Shown: positions 48,895 through 58,625 of the stretch, in pieces | How the letters are laid out: every line of letters begins with the position of its first letter | Position numbering within the stretch: position 1 is the stretch's first letter | Source of the DNA: an uncultured archaeon | Lineage (GTDB): Archaea > Asgardarchaeota > Thorarchaeia > Thorarchaeales > Thorarchaeaceae | Length of the DNA: 64,000 bases | Direction of reading: 5' to 3' | NCBI GenBank assembly: GCA_964473825.1 | Contig: CAYYQL010000007.1 | Coordinates: 30,768 to 94,767, forward strand | The notes under the pieces: generated by a model | What the model was told of the DNA's origin: nothing | The model's input: the letters and a program-made list of their open reading frames with translations, nothing else | The model's database searches: none | Translations under genes and position numbers: made by a program

Positions 48895-50715
48895 ATGCCG
48901 ATGAGAATACCACAGATCTCAGATGTGTTTGATGTTGCCGACTTGGAATTGGTTGAGCTATCTCATGACTGTCGGTTTCTCCTGGTCATGAGCAATAAGG
49001 AGAATGTACATCACGTCTATCAAGTCCCCATATCAAATACCAACATATGGACTGATCTTACGCCGGGAGAAGATAGGGTCATCACGGGAAGTCTGTCATC
49101 CGATGACTCTCGCCTTCTGTTCTGGAGAGAGACTGCAGGAGATGAGAAGTACAACCTCTATGTCACAGACCTCGAGTCGCATGAACCATCTCTTCTGCTA
49201 GACCTAGATTCCATACGGGTCCAAAAGGCTGACTGGACGCCAGATGACAGTGGCGTGCTGTTTCATGGTTCATCGGCTTCAGAGATGGCTCTTAGATTCT
49301 TCAGTCTGTCAGAAAGGGAAGTAGTCACTATCTATGAAACTGAACTGATGGCGTCAATGGGTTTTGTCAATCCCGAGAAACCACTGGTGACATACAACGA
49401 ACGGACGCCTGATCATCCGACAGCCATGGACACTAAGATAATCGACTACGCAGAAGGGGAGGTCGTAGACACAATCTCCGAGGGCGAAAACAGCAGAGAC
49501 TATGACTTAGGATAGAACGCTGATGGATCCAAGCTTCTGATCTGGACTAACGCGCCTGGGGCGCCAACGATTGCCATCTGGGATATGGAGTCATCAGAGA
49601 GTATTCACTCTCGCGCAACAGAACTCGGACTGGGGATTGACTACGAAGTCGCCAAATGGATACCCGAAACAGACGACATCCTCTATGCTGCCAAACTGAA
49701 TGGAGAAACCAGACTCTTCAGAGAGAATGTCTTAGACTCCGAGGACCCCGTCGAGTTACCCCTTCCTAGAGGATGGATCAGTGCGCTGAAGGTCGACAAG
49801 AACAATCCAGACACGGTCTTCCTGGCATGGTCTAACTCGGCCAGCCCCACGAGAATATGTGGGTACAATATGAAATCGGGCAACCTTGAAACCCTACTGG
49901 ACTCCAAGCCCACAGACCTCAATGCCAAACTGGCACAGGGGGCGTTTCTCCGATATCCAACCTTCGATGACTCGAAGATACCATCTTTTGAAATTCCACC
50001 CAGTCCGGATGCACCGAAGCTGAAGGGAGAACCAATCATTATCCTTGTTCACGGAGGACCGTGGTGGGAGTTTTCAAACAGCTGGTCGGCTATGGGACTA
50101 GTCATCCAAGCGTACAGCACAGCAGGTTTCCGGGTCTTTTGTCCCAATATTCGCGGTAGCACTGGATACGGCGATGAGTTCATGTTCTGTAATATCGGCG
50201 ACCTCGGCGGCGACGACCTCAAGGATGTTCTCTACGCAAGAAAGTTTCTGGAACAGAAGTATCCTAAGACCAAAAAGTTCTTCCTTACTGGAGCAAGCTA
50301 TGGTGGGTTCATGACCTTCCTGACCTTGACCAAGCACCCAGGAGCCTTCGATGCCGGTGCTGCTGTGGTTGGTGTTACTGACTGGGTAGCGATGCACCGA
50401 CTCGGTGATGCTATATTCAAACGATTCACTGAGAACTTTTTCGAAGGCCCTCCAGAGAGCAATATCGAGCTGTACAAAGACAGGTCCGCCATCAATTTCG
50501 TGGAGAATCTAGAAGACCCGCTTTTGATAGTCCACCGAGCCAATGACTCGAGGTGCCCTGTGGAGCCCATCTACACCTTCACAGGAAAGGCCATCTCGCT
50601 CGGTAAGCCTGTTGAGATCTATGTGGAGAGAGAGGCCGGGCATGGAACGCAGAGGATGGACCACCTTCGTCAGCAATATGGCCGCGTAATCGAGTTCTTC
50701 CGCACGCGACTCTAG
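48895..50715 (+). pseudogene. S9-family prolyl oligopeptidase / dipeptidyl-peptidase-like serine hydrolase interrupted by an in-frame TAG at 49513-49515.
   Basis: The ORFs 48895-49515 and 49585-50715 are in the same frame. The N-terminal half is propeller-like (DDSRLLFW, DGSKLLIW across the stop). The C-terminal half has the nucleophile GASYGG plus DSRCP and GHG. Confidence 0.6.
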
Positions 50716-50733
50716 CCGCTGTGCTTGAGAGCG

Positions 50734-51318
50734 TCAGCTACGAAGTGCGCCAACGGTAGCCGCTGTCTGAAACCAGAACGAAACGCGTACTAGGAGTTCT
50801 TCGAGAAACGCGGCTCTTCTGTCTGGCTTAAGGTCCTCCGGCCAGCCTTCGCTACGGTACTCGTTGAACTTCTCGAAAGTCTTGCCGTACTGTGTAGTCA
50901 GAGGAGTCTCAACCACCCTATCACACACAGTCACAAGAGCTCTCACGAAGAGAACAAAATCGAGGTCTAGTTTGAGAATCCATCTTGTGAACAGCTTGAA
51001 GAACTTCCGGTTGTTGATATGACTCCAGTCAATAGTCTTCAGGCCTTCTCTATCCGACCCCTCAATTCTCTCACTGTTGAAATCGCAGTCGCGCTTGAAG
51101 GTGCAACGACCGCGAGCATAGACTTGCCGGTCAGATATCCAGATGAGAATTTCGTGTGGGCCCTTAGAACGCATCATCTCTTTGTGTTCACCGGAGGGGA
51201 ACATGAGCTCGACAACACGTGATTGCTTGAATGGCCCGCCCTTCTTGAAATAGAGATGCAGTGCTAAGGTTACGGGCGGTAGAGTGTTGACCGGGTAATA
51301 TTCATCAGGGTCGGGCAT
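50734..51318 (-). CDS. Hypothetical protein (194 aa) immediately downstream of the small GTPase gene.
   Basis: ORF only, with no motif recognised. Confidence 0.4.
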   Translation of the reverse strand: MPDPDEYYPVNTLPPVTLALHLYFKKGGPFKQSRVVELMFPSGEHKEMMRSKGPHEILIWISDRQVYARGRCTFKRDCDFNSERIEGSDREGLKTIDWSHINNRKFFKLFTRWILKLDLDFVLFVRALVTVCDRVVETPLTTQYGKTFEKFNEYRSEGWPEDLKPDRRAAFLEELLVRVSFWFQTAATVGALRS

Positions 51319-51417
51319 TGTCAGTAGAACTCAGTGTCAATCCCCTGATATGCCTTCTCCTTTTCCAAGTTAAAAAGAACCATGCAATTCAGGAGTCTTA
51401 TCCGGACGAGTTCAATC

Positions 51418-51966
51418 TCAACCCGAACCGGACTCTCTGTTATGAACAAGGGTTGTTCCTAGCTGTTCGAATACATCAAGAATCCCCTCTCCGGTCTTGG
51501 CTGAAGATTCAACGTAAGGCATTCCGTGAGCGTCTGCGAACTCTCTGCCTTCAGATGGAGCAACGACCCTATCAGGAAGGTCGGTCTTATTTGCCACTAG
51601 AACTAAGGGAATCTCCTTGCCGATTGCGGTTCTAAGTTCGTCGAGCCACTCCTCGAGTACGATAAATGTTCTGCGTCGGCTAACATCGTAGACCAGCAGT
51701 CCACCACTTGAACCTCGATAATACATCGGGCGAAGAATCTGAAAGCGGCTTTGTCCCGCCACGTCCCAGATCTGCAATTTCACAGTGAGTGGATTACCAT
51801 GAATAGATGGAATCTCTATATTCTTGACTGCAAACTGACTTCCGATTGTTGTCTTGTAGTCAGTTCGAAAGAAACCATGAGAAAACCTAGTGACGATTGC
51901 AGTCTTTCCAACTGCTCCCTCACCGAGAACAACAACCTTGAACAGATAGTCATACGAGCTACTCAT
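51418..51966 (-). CDS. Ras-superfamily small GTPase (Rab/Ras-like).
   Basis: G1 GEGAVGKT, G3 WDVAGQ, G4 NKTD and G5 SAK motifs, with a C-terminal flexible tail. Confidence 0.9.
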   Translation of the reverse strand: MSSSYDYLFKVVVLGEGAVGKTAIVTRFSHGFFRTDYKTTIGSQFAVKNIEIPSIHGNPLTVKLQIWDVAGQSRFQILRPMYYRGSSGGLLVYDVSRRRTFIVLEEWLDELRTAIGKEIPLVLVANKTDLPDRVVAPSEGREFADAHGMPYVESSAKTGEGILDVFEQLGTTLVHNRESGSG

Positions 51967-52130
51967 CTAAGAGACCCCATTTCTGATTCTAATCTCATAC
52001 CCGATACATAGCGTCTTCACCAGACGTAGGCAATTCTGGTTTGAGCTTCTAGACCCGATAGAACTTTCGCCGGCTAATAAGGTTTCGTCGGGCCAGCATG
52101 ACCAAGACCAGAGAGGACTAAAGTGAAACG

Positions 52131-52991
52131 TCAGGTGGAGTTCTCAACCCATGTCAAGAACTTGCCAAGAAGCGGGTTGAAGACGTTAGGCATGTCTACC
52201 ATGGGAGAGTGGTCCCCCTTCTTGATCATTGCGATATCCGAACGGGGTAGAAGTCTGTTCAACCTCTGTCCAACGCCGGGCCGAAAGACATCATCATCCT
52301 CTCCGCAGATGACAAACGTAGGGATCTGGATATCACCCAGTCTTGGTGTGATGTCAAACCTATCGCAGGCCTTCAAATCCCTGCGCACTACTTCAGACTC
52401 GCTTTTCCCCAAGCTTCCTTCTCTCATACGAATTCGGTAGATGTTGGAGTGAACACTCGTCAGATGAGATGTTACAATGCTTAGATAACTCTCAAACGAC
52501 TCTATCGCAAGACCAGGCAGTATTCTTGAGGTTTCAAGGTCGGGGGAGGTGGAAACGAGAGCAATTGCACGCGGTTGGCGCAACTGCTCGTTGAGAACAT
52601 AGGCCATGACAATGGCTCCCCCCATGGAGTGACCAACAAACACAAAGTCCTTCAGGTCAAGATGTTCCACAACCGCTGCAAGCTCGTAGACATATCCATT
52701 CTCTATGTCAGCTTCATCAGAAATATCATCAGAGAGACCATGACCCAACAGGTCGGGAACAATGACTCTGTGAGTCTTGACAAACTCATCTATCTGCATG
52801 CTCCAGATGAGGTGAGAAGTCCCGGCTCCGTGCAGAAAGACAACTGGGAAGCCGTTGGAGGGGTCGTCCCTCTCGTCAATGTCCAAGTAATGCATCCTGT
52901 GCCCGTGGTGGTTGAGAAAAGGCATGATGTCCTCCTCATTCCATGTTACCGCACAGCGGACATATAGGTCTATGTCGCTTGGTCGAATCAA
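52131..52991 (-). CDS. Alpha/beta-fold hydrolase.
   Basis: Nucleophile elbow GHSMGG, oxyanion HGAG. 286 aa. Confidence 0.75.
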   Translation of the reverse strand: MIRPSDIDLYVRCAVTWNEEDIMPFLNHHGHRMHYLDIDERDDPSNGFPVVFLHGAGTSHLIWSMQIDEFVKTHRVIVPDLLGHGLSDDISDEADIENGYVYELAAVVEHLDLKDFVFVGHSMGGAIVMAYVLNEQLRQPRAIALVSTSPDLETSRILPGLAIESFESYLSIVTSHLTSVHSNIYRIRMREGSLGKSESEVVRRDLKACDRFDITPRLGDIQIPTFVICGEDDDVFRPGVGQRLNRLLPRSDIAMIKKGDHSPMVDMPNVFNPLLGKFLTWVENST

Positions 52992-53038
52992 CGGTACCTT
53001 TTTCTCTGAGTGAGTGCAGCATCAGGCCGGTGGCTCAT

Positions 53039-54418
53039 ATGTCTGACAGGCTCTTTGGAACTACGGGCGTGCGGAAGGTCTACGGTGACGAGTTCTCCCT
53101 TGACATGGCTCTTGACCTTGGTCGGGCACTTGGTACATATCTGAAGAGAGGCGACGTGCTTCTTGCACGAGATGCAAGGACCACCGGCTCCATGGTTGAA
53201 GATGCATTCTCAGCGGGCGTACTTTCAACAGGGGTCAACGTCGTGCGAGCCGGAGTGATTCCAACACCGACTCTGGCGTTTCTTACAAGCTATCTGGATA
53301 TGGACACCGGAGTCATGGTCACAGCATCTCATAACCCCCCCGAGTACACGGGTATCAAGTTCTGGGGTTCGGACAGCATGGGCTATACACCTGATATCGA
53401 AAGACGCCTCGAAGAGATATACCATTCTCGCGACTTCACAGCAGCAGCATGGGACAGACTGGGAGAGGAAGAATATCTCGATGCGCCCGAGTGGACACAC
53501 ATCGATGCGATTGTGAAACGGACAGATGTTGCGGCCATCCATGAGAAACGATTCAAAGTGGTTGTGGACCCAGGGAATGGAGCGGCTTGTGTACTCACAC
53601 CCTATCTCATGAGAGAGTTGGGTTGCAGCGTCATCACACTCAACGGCCAACTCGATGGACACTTCCCCGGTCGAGAGAGCGAACCGGATGAAACAACCCT
53701 TGTTGACCTGGCCAACATGGTCAAGTCATCGGGAGCCAATCTCGGCATCGCTCATGATGGGGATGGAGACAGGGTGGTGTTCGTCACTGAAAACGGAGAA
53801 ATCGTCAGAGGAGACCGAACGATTGCGCTTCTTGCTCAAGATTTTCTCCAGAGAGAGCAGGGCGGAGTCATCGTCACCACTGTTGACAGCTCAAAGGTCG
53901 TGGATGAGACTGTTGAACAGGCAGGAGGTCGCATAATCAGGACGCCTGTCGGCGATATACAAGTCGCAGTCAAGATGAAGGAAGAGAAAGGCTTGTTCGG
54001 AGGAGAGGCATGCGGGGTCTTCATCCATCCAGACTTTCATCTGGCACCAGAGCCCTTTCTCACTTCATGCCGTATTCTTGAGATGATGGCATCACACGGA
54101 AAGGGTTTCGGAGAGCTGATCTCAGAGATACCTGTATATCCCCTCAAGAAGGCGAAACTGGAATGCCCCAACAACAGGAAACCAGCAGTGATGGATAGAC
54201 TTGCCGAAGTTCTACCAGATGAAATGGAGGAGATTACGGATATATTGACTGTGGACGGGCTTGGCATATCTCTCAAAGGGGGGTGGGTCCTTGTCAGACC
54301 GTCAGGTACCGAACCAGTCATCAGAATAACATGCGAAGCCCAGTCTGAAGAGGCCGTTCAGAAGATTCTTGACAGAACGAGAAGTATCATCAGCAACACG
54401 ATTGCGACGACTAATTGA
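53039..54418 (+). CDS. Phosphoglucomutase/phosphomannomutase (alpha-D-phosphohexomutase family).
   Basis: Active-site TASHNPPEYTG and Mg loop AHDGDGDRVVF. The start is taken at MSDRLFGTTGVRK. The track start at 52943 is upstream. Confidence 0.85.
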   Translation: MSDRLFGTTGVRKVYGDEFSLDMALDLGRALGTYLKRGDVLLARDARTTGSMVEDAFSAGVLSTGVNVVRAGVIPTPTLAFLTSYLDMDTGVMVTASHNPPEYTGIKFWGSDSMGYTPDIERRLEEIYHSRDFTAAAWDRLGEEEYLDAPEWTHIDAIVKRTDVAAIHEKRFKVVVDPGNGAACVLTPYLMRELGCSVITLNGQLDGHFPGRESEPDETTLVDLANMVKSSGANLGIAHDGDGDRVVFVTENGEIVRGDRTIALLAQDFLQREQGGVIVTTVDSSKVVDETVEQAGGRIIRTPVGDIQVAVKMKEEKGLFGGEACGVFIHPDFHLAPEPFLTSCRILEMMASHGKGFGELISEIPVYPLKKAKLECPNNRKPAVMDRLAEVLPDEMEEITDILTVDGLGISLKGGWVLVRPSGTEPVIRITCEAQSEEAVQKILDRTRSIISNTIATTN

Positions 54419-54488
54419 ACACCGAGGATGTAGAGAGCAAATCAGCAAATGCAGACAAGCTTTATAGCACAACAGGGTCTCAAACACC

Positions 54489-54920
54489 TTGAAAACGAGG
54501 TCTCATATCATGAGTAATGGCGATGATGATTTCATCAAATCAGAGTTTGAATGGGCTCTGAAGGACCCTACCGAAGAGAAGCTACGAGGCCTCGGTGAGA
54601 TTGTTGATACTATCACTAAAAGGCTCGTTGGAGCAATAACTGAGCTTCAGAGCGACCTCTACGAGCTCCAGACTGCCGTACAGAGTATGGAGTCGAAACT
54701 GAACTCGCTGGACTCCCGGGTGGCATCTGGAGGGGTTGCACCATCAGCTGCAGCCTCTGCATCCTCAACACCTTCCGCCGCAGGAGCTCCGGATGAACCC
54801 ATGGCTAAAGCACCCACGCCCAAGCCGGCTCCGGCTGCAGGCCCGGGTGGCATGATGTCTGAACTGAAACAGCTCCTTGCTGCAAGGAGAAGAAAGGCTG
54901 AGGGCGGAGGCGGGGAATAG
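54489..54920 (+). CDS. Small coiled-coil protein with an Ala/Pro/Ser-rich low-complexity linker and a basic C-terminal helix.
   Basis: ITELQSDLYELQTAVQSMESKLNSLDSR, then PSAAASASSTPSAAGAP...PKPAPAAGPGG, then MMSELKQLLAARRRK. Confidence 0.45.
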   Translation: MKTRSHIMSNGDDDFIKSEFEWALKDPTEEKLRGLGEIVDTITKRLVGAITELQSDLYELQTAVQSMESKLNSLDSRVASGGVAPSAAASASSTPSAAGAPDEPMAKAPTPKPAPAAGPGGMMSELKQLLAARRRKAEGGGGE

Positions 54921-54925
54921 CCCGC

Positions 54926-55636
54926 TCATATCAAGCGTCGGACATGATTTCTCGGATAGAACGGGCCGGCGTGTTTCAATAGAGAACTGGAGAATGCTTC
55001 AGCCCTCTCGCAGTCCGATTGGACTCCTCTCAACCGGGTTCGTACATCGTAGAATCTCTCGTAGTAACCGTCTGCCTTGCTAGTCTGGCTCTTGTGACAG
55101 CGTAATCCCTCCAGTGCGGTATCATAGCTCTCAGTGACATTGACCATCACGTTAGGTCGTGAGAGAAGGGTGTTGACTTCCATATGGTAGATACAACTGA
55201 CTCGATGGGCTCTCTCGAACTGAGTCGCATGTGATGCCCATTCAGCTGCATCAGCAACAATCTTCGCACATGCTACATGGTTGTTATTGTAGTCCTGCTC
55301 GGAGTGGGTGATAATGATCTCCGGATGCCATTCGAGGATTGCCTCAATGATTCGCTTCTCCACACCCCTGTCAACAGCAAAGTCTTCCCGCTCTTCCGTC
55401 AGAAGATGACGGACACCAAGTATCTTGCTGGCCTCCTTCAGCTCTCTGTTTCGAGCTGGACTTCCCGTGAGGCACATCAGATCCACGTCTACTCCCTGAC
55501 TGGTATGAAACGCTATCGTCCCACCGGCACCCAAGCATTCGTCATCGGGATGCGCAGTAACAACGAGAATAGAGCCATCGTCAAAGGAATTCATGGTCAT
55601 CCCAGACCCAGTTTTACTAATCAAGCTTTGGCCCAA
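54926..55636 (-). CDS. bshB: PIG-L/LmbE-family N-acetylglucosaminyl deacetylase. By context a BshB-like deacetylase.
   Basis: Metal-binding motif VVTAHPDDECLGAGG. Divergent from the adjacent BshA-like gene. The symbol is assigned by context only. Confidence 0.6.
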   Translation of the reverse strand: MGQSLISKTGSGMTMNSFDDGSILVVTAHPDDECLGAGGTIAFHTSQGVDVDLMCLTGSPARNRELKEASKILGVRHLLTEEREDFAVDRGVEKRIIEAILEWHPEIIITHSEQDYNNNHVACAKIVADAAEWASHATQFERAHRVSCIYHMEVNTLLSRPNVMVNVTESYDTALEGLRCHKSQTSKADGYYERFYDVRTRLRGVQSDCERAEAFSSSLLKHAGPFYPRNHVRRLI

Positions 55637-55683
55637 CCATTCGTCTTAAAACCCACCGTTTGCTGTTCAGTACTGTGACCAAC

Positions 55684-56844
55684 ATGAGGATAGGAGTCAA
55701 TCTATATGCCTCAGTGGGTGGCTCAGGCTACCTCGCGACGCGCTTGGGACAGCACCTTGCCGACCGGGGGCACGAGATTCATTTCATCACCTACCAGAGG
55801 CCGTTTAGCCTAATGTGGGAGCAATCACGAGGAGTCTATGTTGATCTCGTGGATAGTTTTGATTATCCGCTCTTCAAGTCAACTGGAACGCCCTACACCA
55901 TGACTCTTACATCAAAGATAGTGAAAGTGGCTACCGACTCCAAGCTCAATCTCATCCACTCGCACTATGCAATCCCTCACGCTATGTCAGCATACATGGC
56001 AAGAGAGATCATTGGTATCCCCTATGTGGTCACACTACACGGTTCAGATGTCCACACTCTTGGACTCGATCCTGCATATCGCCCCGTTGTTAAGCACACG
56101 GTAGAAGAGGCAGATGGTGTCACAGCAGTTTCAGAGTTCCTCCAGAAGAAGGCCTATGAGGAACTCGGCATCGAGAGAGATATTCATGTCATCCCCAACT
56201 TCATCGATGTTCAAAGATTCACCCCTATCGAAGGAGTCCGACTCACCGTGGAGAGCGGCTGTGTTTCTCTTCGCAAATCAGAGGAGCCCGAAGATCTTCA
56301 TCCAGATGAGATGGTGCTGTTGCATGCGTCGAACTTCCGCCAAGTGAAGAGAGTAGTCGAGCTCGTAGAGATCATGAGAATCGTTGTCGACCACTATCCT
56401 GATACGCGCCTAGTGATTGCAGGGGATGGACCCACCCGCATGCATGTTGAGCGACGAATAGAGGCCCTTGACCTCTGCCAGAATGTGCATCTCTTAGGAG
56501 TGAAGAGCAACATGAGAGAAATCATGTGTTCAGCAGACATCTTTCTGCTCAATTCTACCTTAGAGGGGATGCCACTGGTCCTTTTGGAGGCTATGGCATC
56601 CGAACTCCCAGTTATCACGACACCCGCAGGAGGCATACCAGAGCTTGTACGTCCAGGGAAGGACGGTATTGTCACGAAGGGCTTCGAAAAGGAAGAGTTT
56701 GCAGGTGCAGTCCTAGAGTTAATAGAACATGATGCCCGAAGGAAGGAGTTGGGCAAGGCGGGACGAAAAAGAGTGGCTGAGGATTACTCAGCTGACAAGG
56801 TTGTCCCCATGTATGAGGGAGTCTTTAATCGAGCACTGGAATGA
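55684..56844 (+). CDS. bshA: GT4 glycosyltransferase closely resembling N-acetyl-alpha-D-glucosaminyl L-malate synthase (BshA).
   Basis: The N-terminus [36 protein letters not shown] matches the BshA N-terminus ([35 protein letters not shown]). The C-terminal [12 protein letters not shown] motif is a GT4 motif. Confidence 0.7.
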   Translation: [386 protein letters not shown]

Positions 56845-58580
56845 TAAAACGGAGATGCCAACTTTTGAGAGAGAGCGTAGCTGAAGTATATGAGGACTAC
56901 ATCTGGAAGGAGGAAATGCAGGACGCCGCCCAGTATCTCTATAATTCCCCTCCAATCTATTTCGGCGGCCTTAAGGAGAGGGTAGGAAGACTTCGAGAGG
57001 CATATACAGAGACGCAGTGGTTCACTGACGAACGAATGGAGATACTTGAGAAGGCCCTGGAAAGGATAAATCGCGAGCTGGGCGCTCTCACACCAGCAGT
57101 TAGAGAGGAAATCTCAGAGCTTCGGCAGGGAGCCATAGAAGGAGCACACCAGAGCATCGTCTTTGGCGGCCCATGCTATGTTCTGAACAAGGCCGCAACA
57201 GCATCGATACTTGCAGATATCACATCTGACGATGATAGTCCCGTAGCCGCATATTACTTCGTTGCAGACTATGATGAGGTTCAGGCTGAACTGACCAACA
57301 CCAGAACACCACTGCTGGGATCTTCAGGCAATCTGCTCAGTATTCCGGTTCCCAAGGAGTTCAAGCATTCGCCCGTAAGTGTTCTACCCCTTCCCGAGTA
57401 TACCTGGTACGCAGAAGTAGAAGAGAGTATCCGCATGGGATACAGACCGATGATCAAAGACCTCGACAACAGGGCACGTATCATATACGAAGAGAGACTT
57501 GAGCAGATTCTCTCCATAACAAGATGGGGTTTCGTGAACTCAGATACACTGGGGGAATGGGCTCGACGAGTCCTTGCCCGTCTGTTCAATGTCGAGGGAA
57601 ACTTGGGAATACCAATTGTCGCATATTCAGACCCTCAGATACGGAAGCTGGCAACTCTTGGAATGGAGTTCCTTCTGAAGAGAGAGAACCGAGAGAGATT
57701 CTTGAAGGCCCAAGATCAAGCAACCGACAGGATCATCGAACTCGGTCTAGAGCCCGGCTCCGGTAGAAGAGACCGCTCCTACGTTCCGTTTCTATACGAG
57801 TGTCCTGAGAAAGGCTGCAACAGGAGTAGATTCGAACTGCAGTATTATACTAGGGAAGACACTGCGACGCTGTCAGGTAGGTGCCCATCATGCCATCAGT
57901 ACTTCACAATCGAGGTCTCAGCAGACAACCCTGACTTGAGTGACCATGCCGACTACCTATCGCCCCGTGTAGATTCACGGCAGTTTATCGTGGACATGAT
58001 GATTCCCACTGTGTGTCATATTGGGGGGCCAGGTGAGACCGCTTATTATGCCCAGGTGATACCCGTGGCCGACGCTCTAGACATTCCGTTCCCAGAATTT
58101 GTGAAGTATCCACGGCTCTTCTTCAACACACCATGGAGTGAGGCTCTTGCAAACCAGTTGGACAAGAGGGGTGAACCGGTTCTACATGGTCGTACACTCT
58201 TCAAACTGCTAGGAGAGTCAAGTGCAGCCAGAAGAAAAGAGAACTATGATGAGATGAATTCTGCCATTCAGAGACTGGGCGATCACATCAGAGACCAGCA
58301 TGATGTCATAGTGAAGAGGGTGGAAGGGATAGAGAAGCAGAGAAAGAACTCAAGCGGCGAAGAAGATGAGGAGCTTCAAGGCATCAAGTTTGACCTCGAA
58401 ATGTATCTCAGCTGGACATATGGGCGATATTCGGCCGAGAAGTCCGTGCAGGAGGCCTCTTGGTCCTGGATAGAGTGGGCAATAAACTCTGGACTGGCGG
58501 ACCTGTTCGGTCCATACGAGAGAAGCTATGTTGAGCAGCTTAAGAATGGAGCCACGATGTGGATAAACTTCATGATATAG
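56841..58580 (+). CDS. bshC: BshC-like protein (bacillithiol biosynthesis cysteine-adding enzyme family, YllA/DUF2317).
   Basis: AAYYFVADYDEV matches the BshC FWVAGEDHD region, and VCHIGGPGETAYYAQVIPV matches BshC IAGPGEINYW. Length 579 aa against about 540. Overlaps the bshA-like stop by 4 nt. Confidence 0.6.
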   Translation: MIKRRCQLLRESVAEVYEDYIWKEEMQDAAQYLYNSPPIYFGGLKERVGRLREAYTETQWFTDERMEILEKALERINRELGALTPAVREEISELRQGAIEGAHQSIVFGGPCYVLNKAATASILADITSDDDSPVAAYYFVADYDEVQAELTNTRTPLLGSSGNLLSIPVPKEFKHSPVSVLPLPEYTWYAEVEESIRMGYRPMIKDLDNRARIIYEERLEQILSITRWGFVNSDTLGEWARRVLARLFNVEGNLGIPIVAYSDPQIRKLATLGMEFLLKRENRERFLKAQDQATDRIIELGLEPGSGRRDRSYVPFLYECPEKGCNRSRFELQYYTREDTATLSGRCPSCHQYFTIEVSADNPDLSDHADYLSPRVDSRQFIVDMMIPTVCHIGGPGETAYYAQVIPVADALDIPFPEFVKYPRLFFNTPWSEALANQLDKRGEPVLHGRTLFKLLGESSAARRKENYDEMNSAIQRLGDHIRDQHDVIVKRVEGIEKQRKNSSGEEDEELQGIKFDLEMYLSWTYGRYSAEKSVQEASWSWIEWAINSGLADLFGPYERSYVEQLKNGATMWINFMI

Positions 58581-58625
58581 AAAGACAGAAGCCCCGGCTT
58601 CAACCGGGGCGAAGACACGCATAAC

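Noticed and set aside
49513-49515. In-frame TAG in the S9 peptidase read as pyrrolysine or another recoding event.
   Set aside because: TAG serves as an ordinary stop for several genes in this window (for example the ORFs ending at 3582, 18447 and 30599). No pyl genes are visible, so a nonsense mutation or assembly error is more parsimonious.
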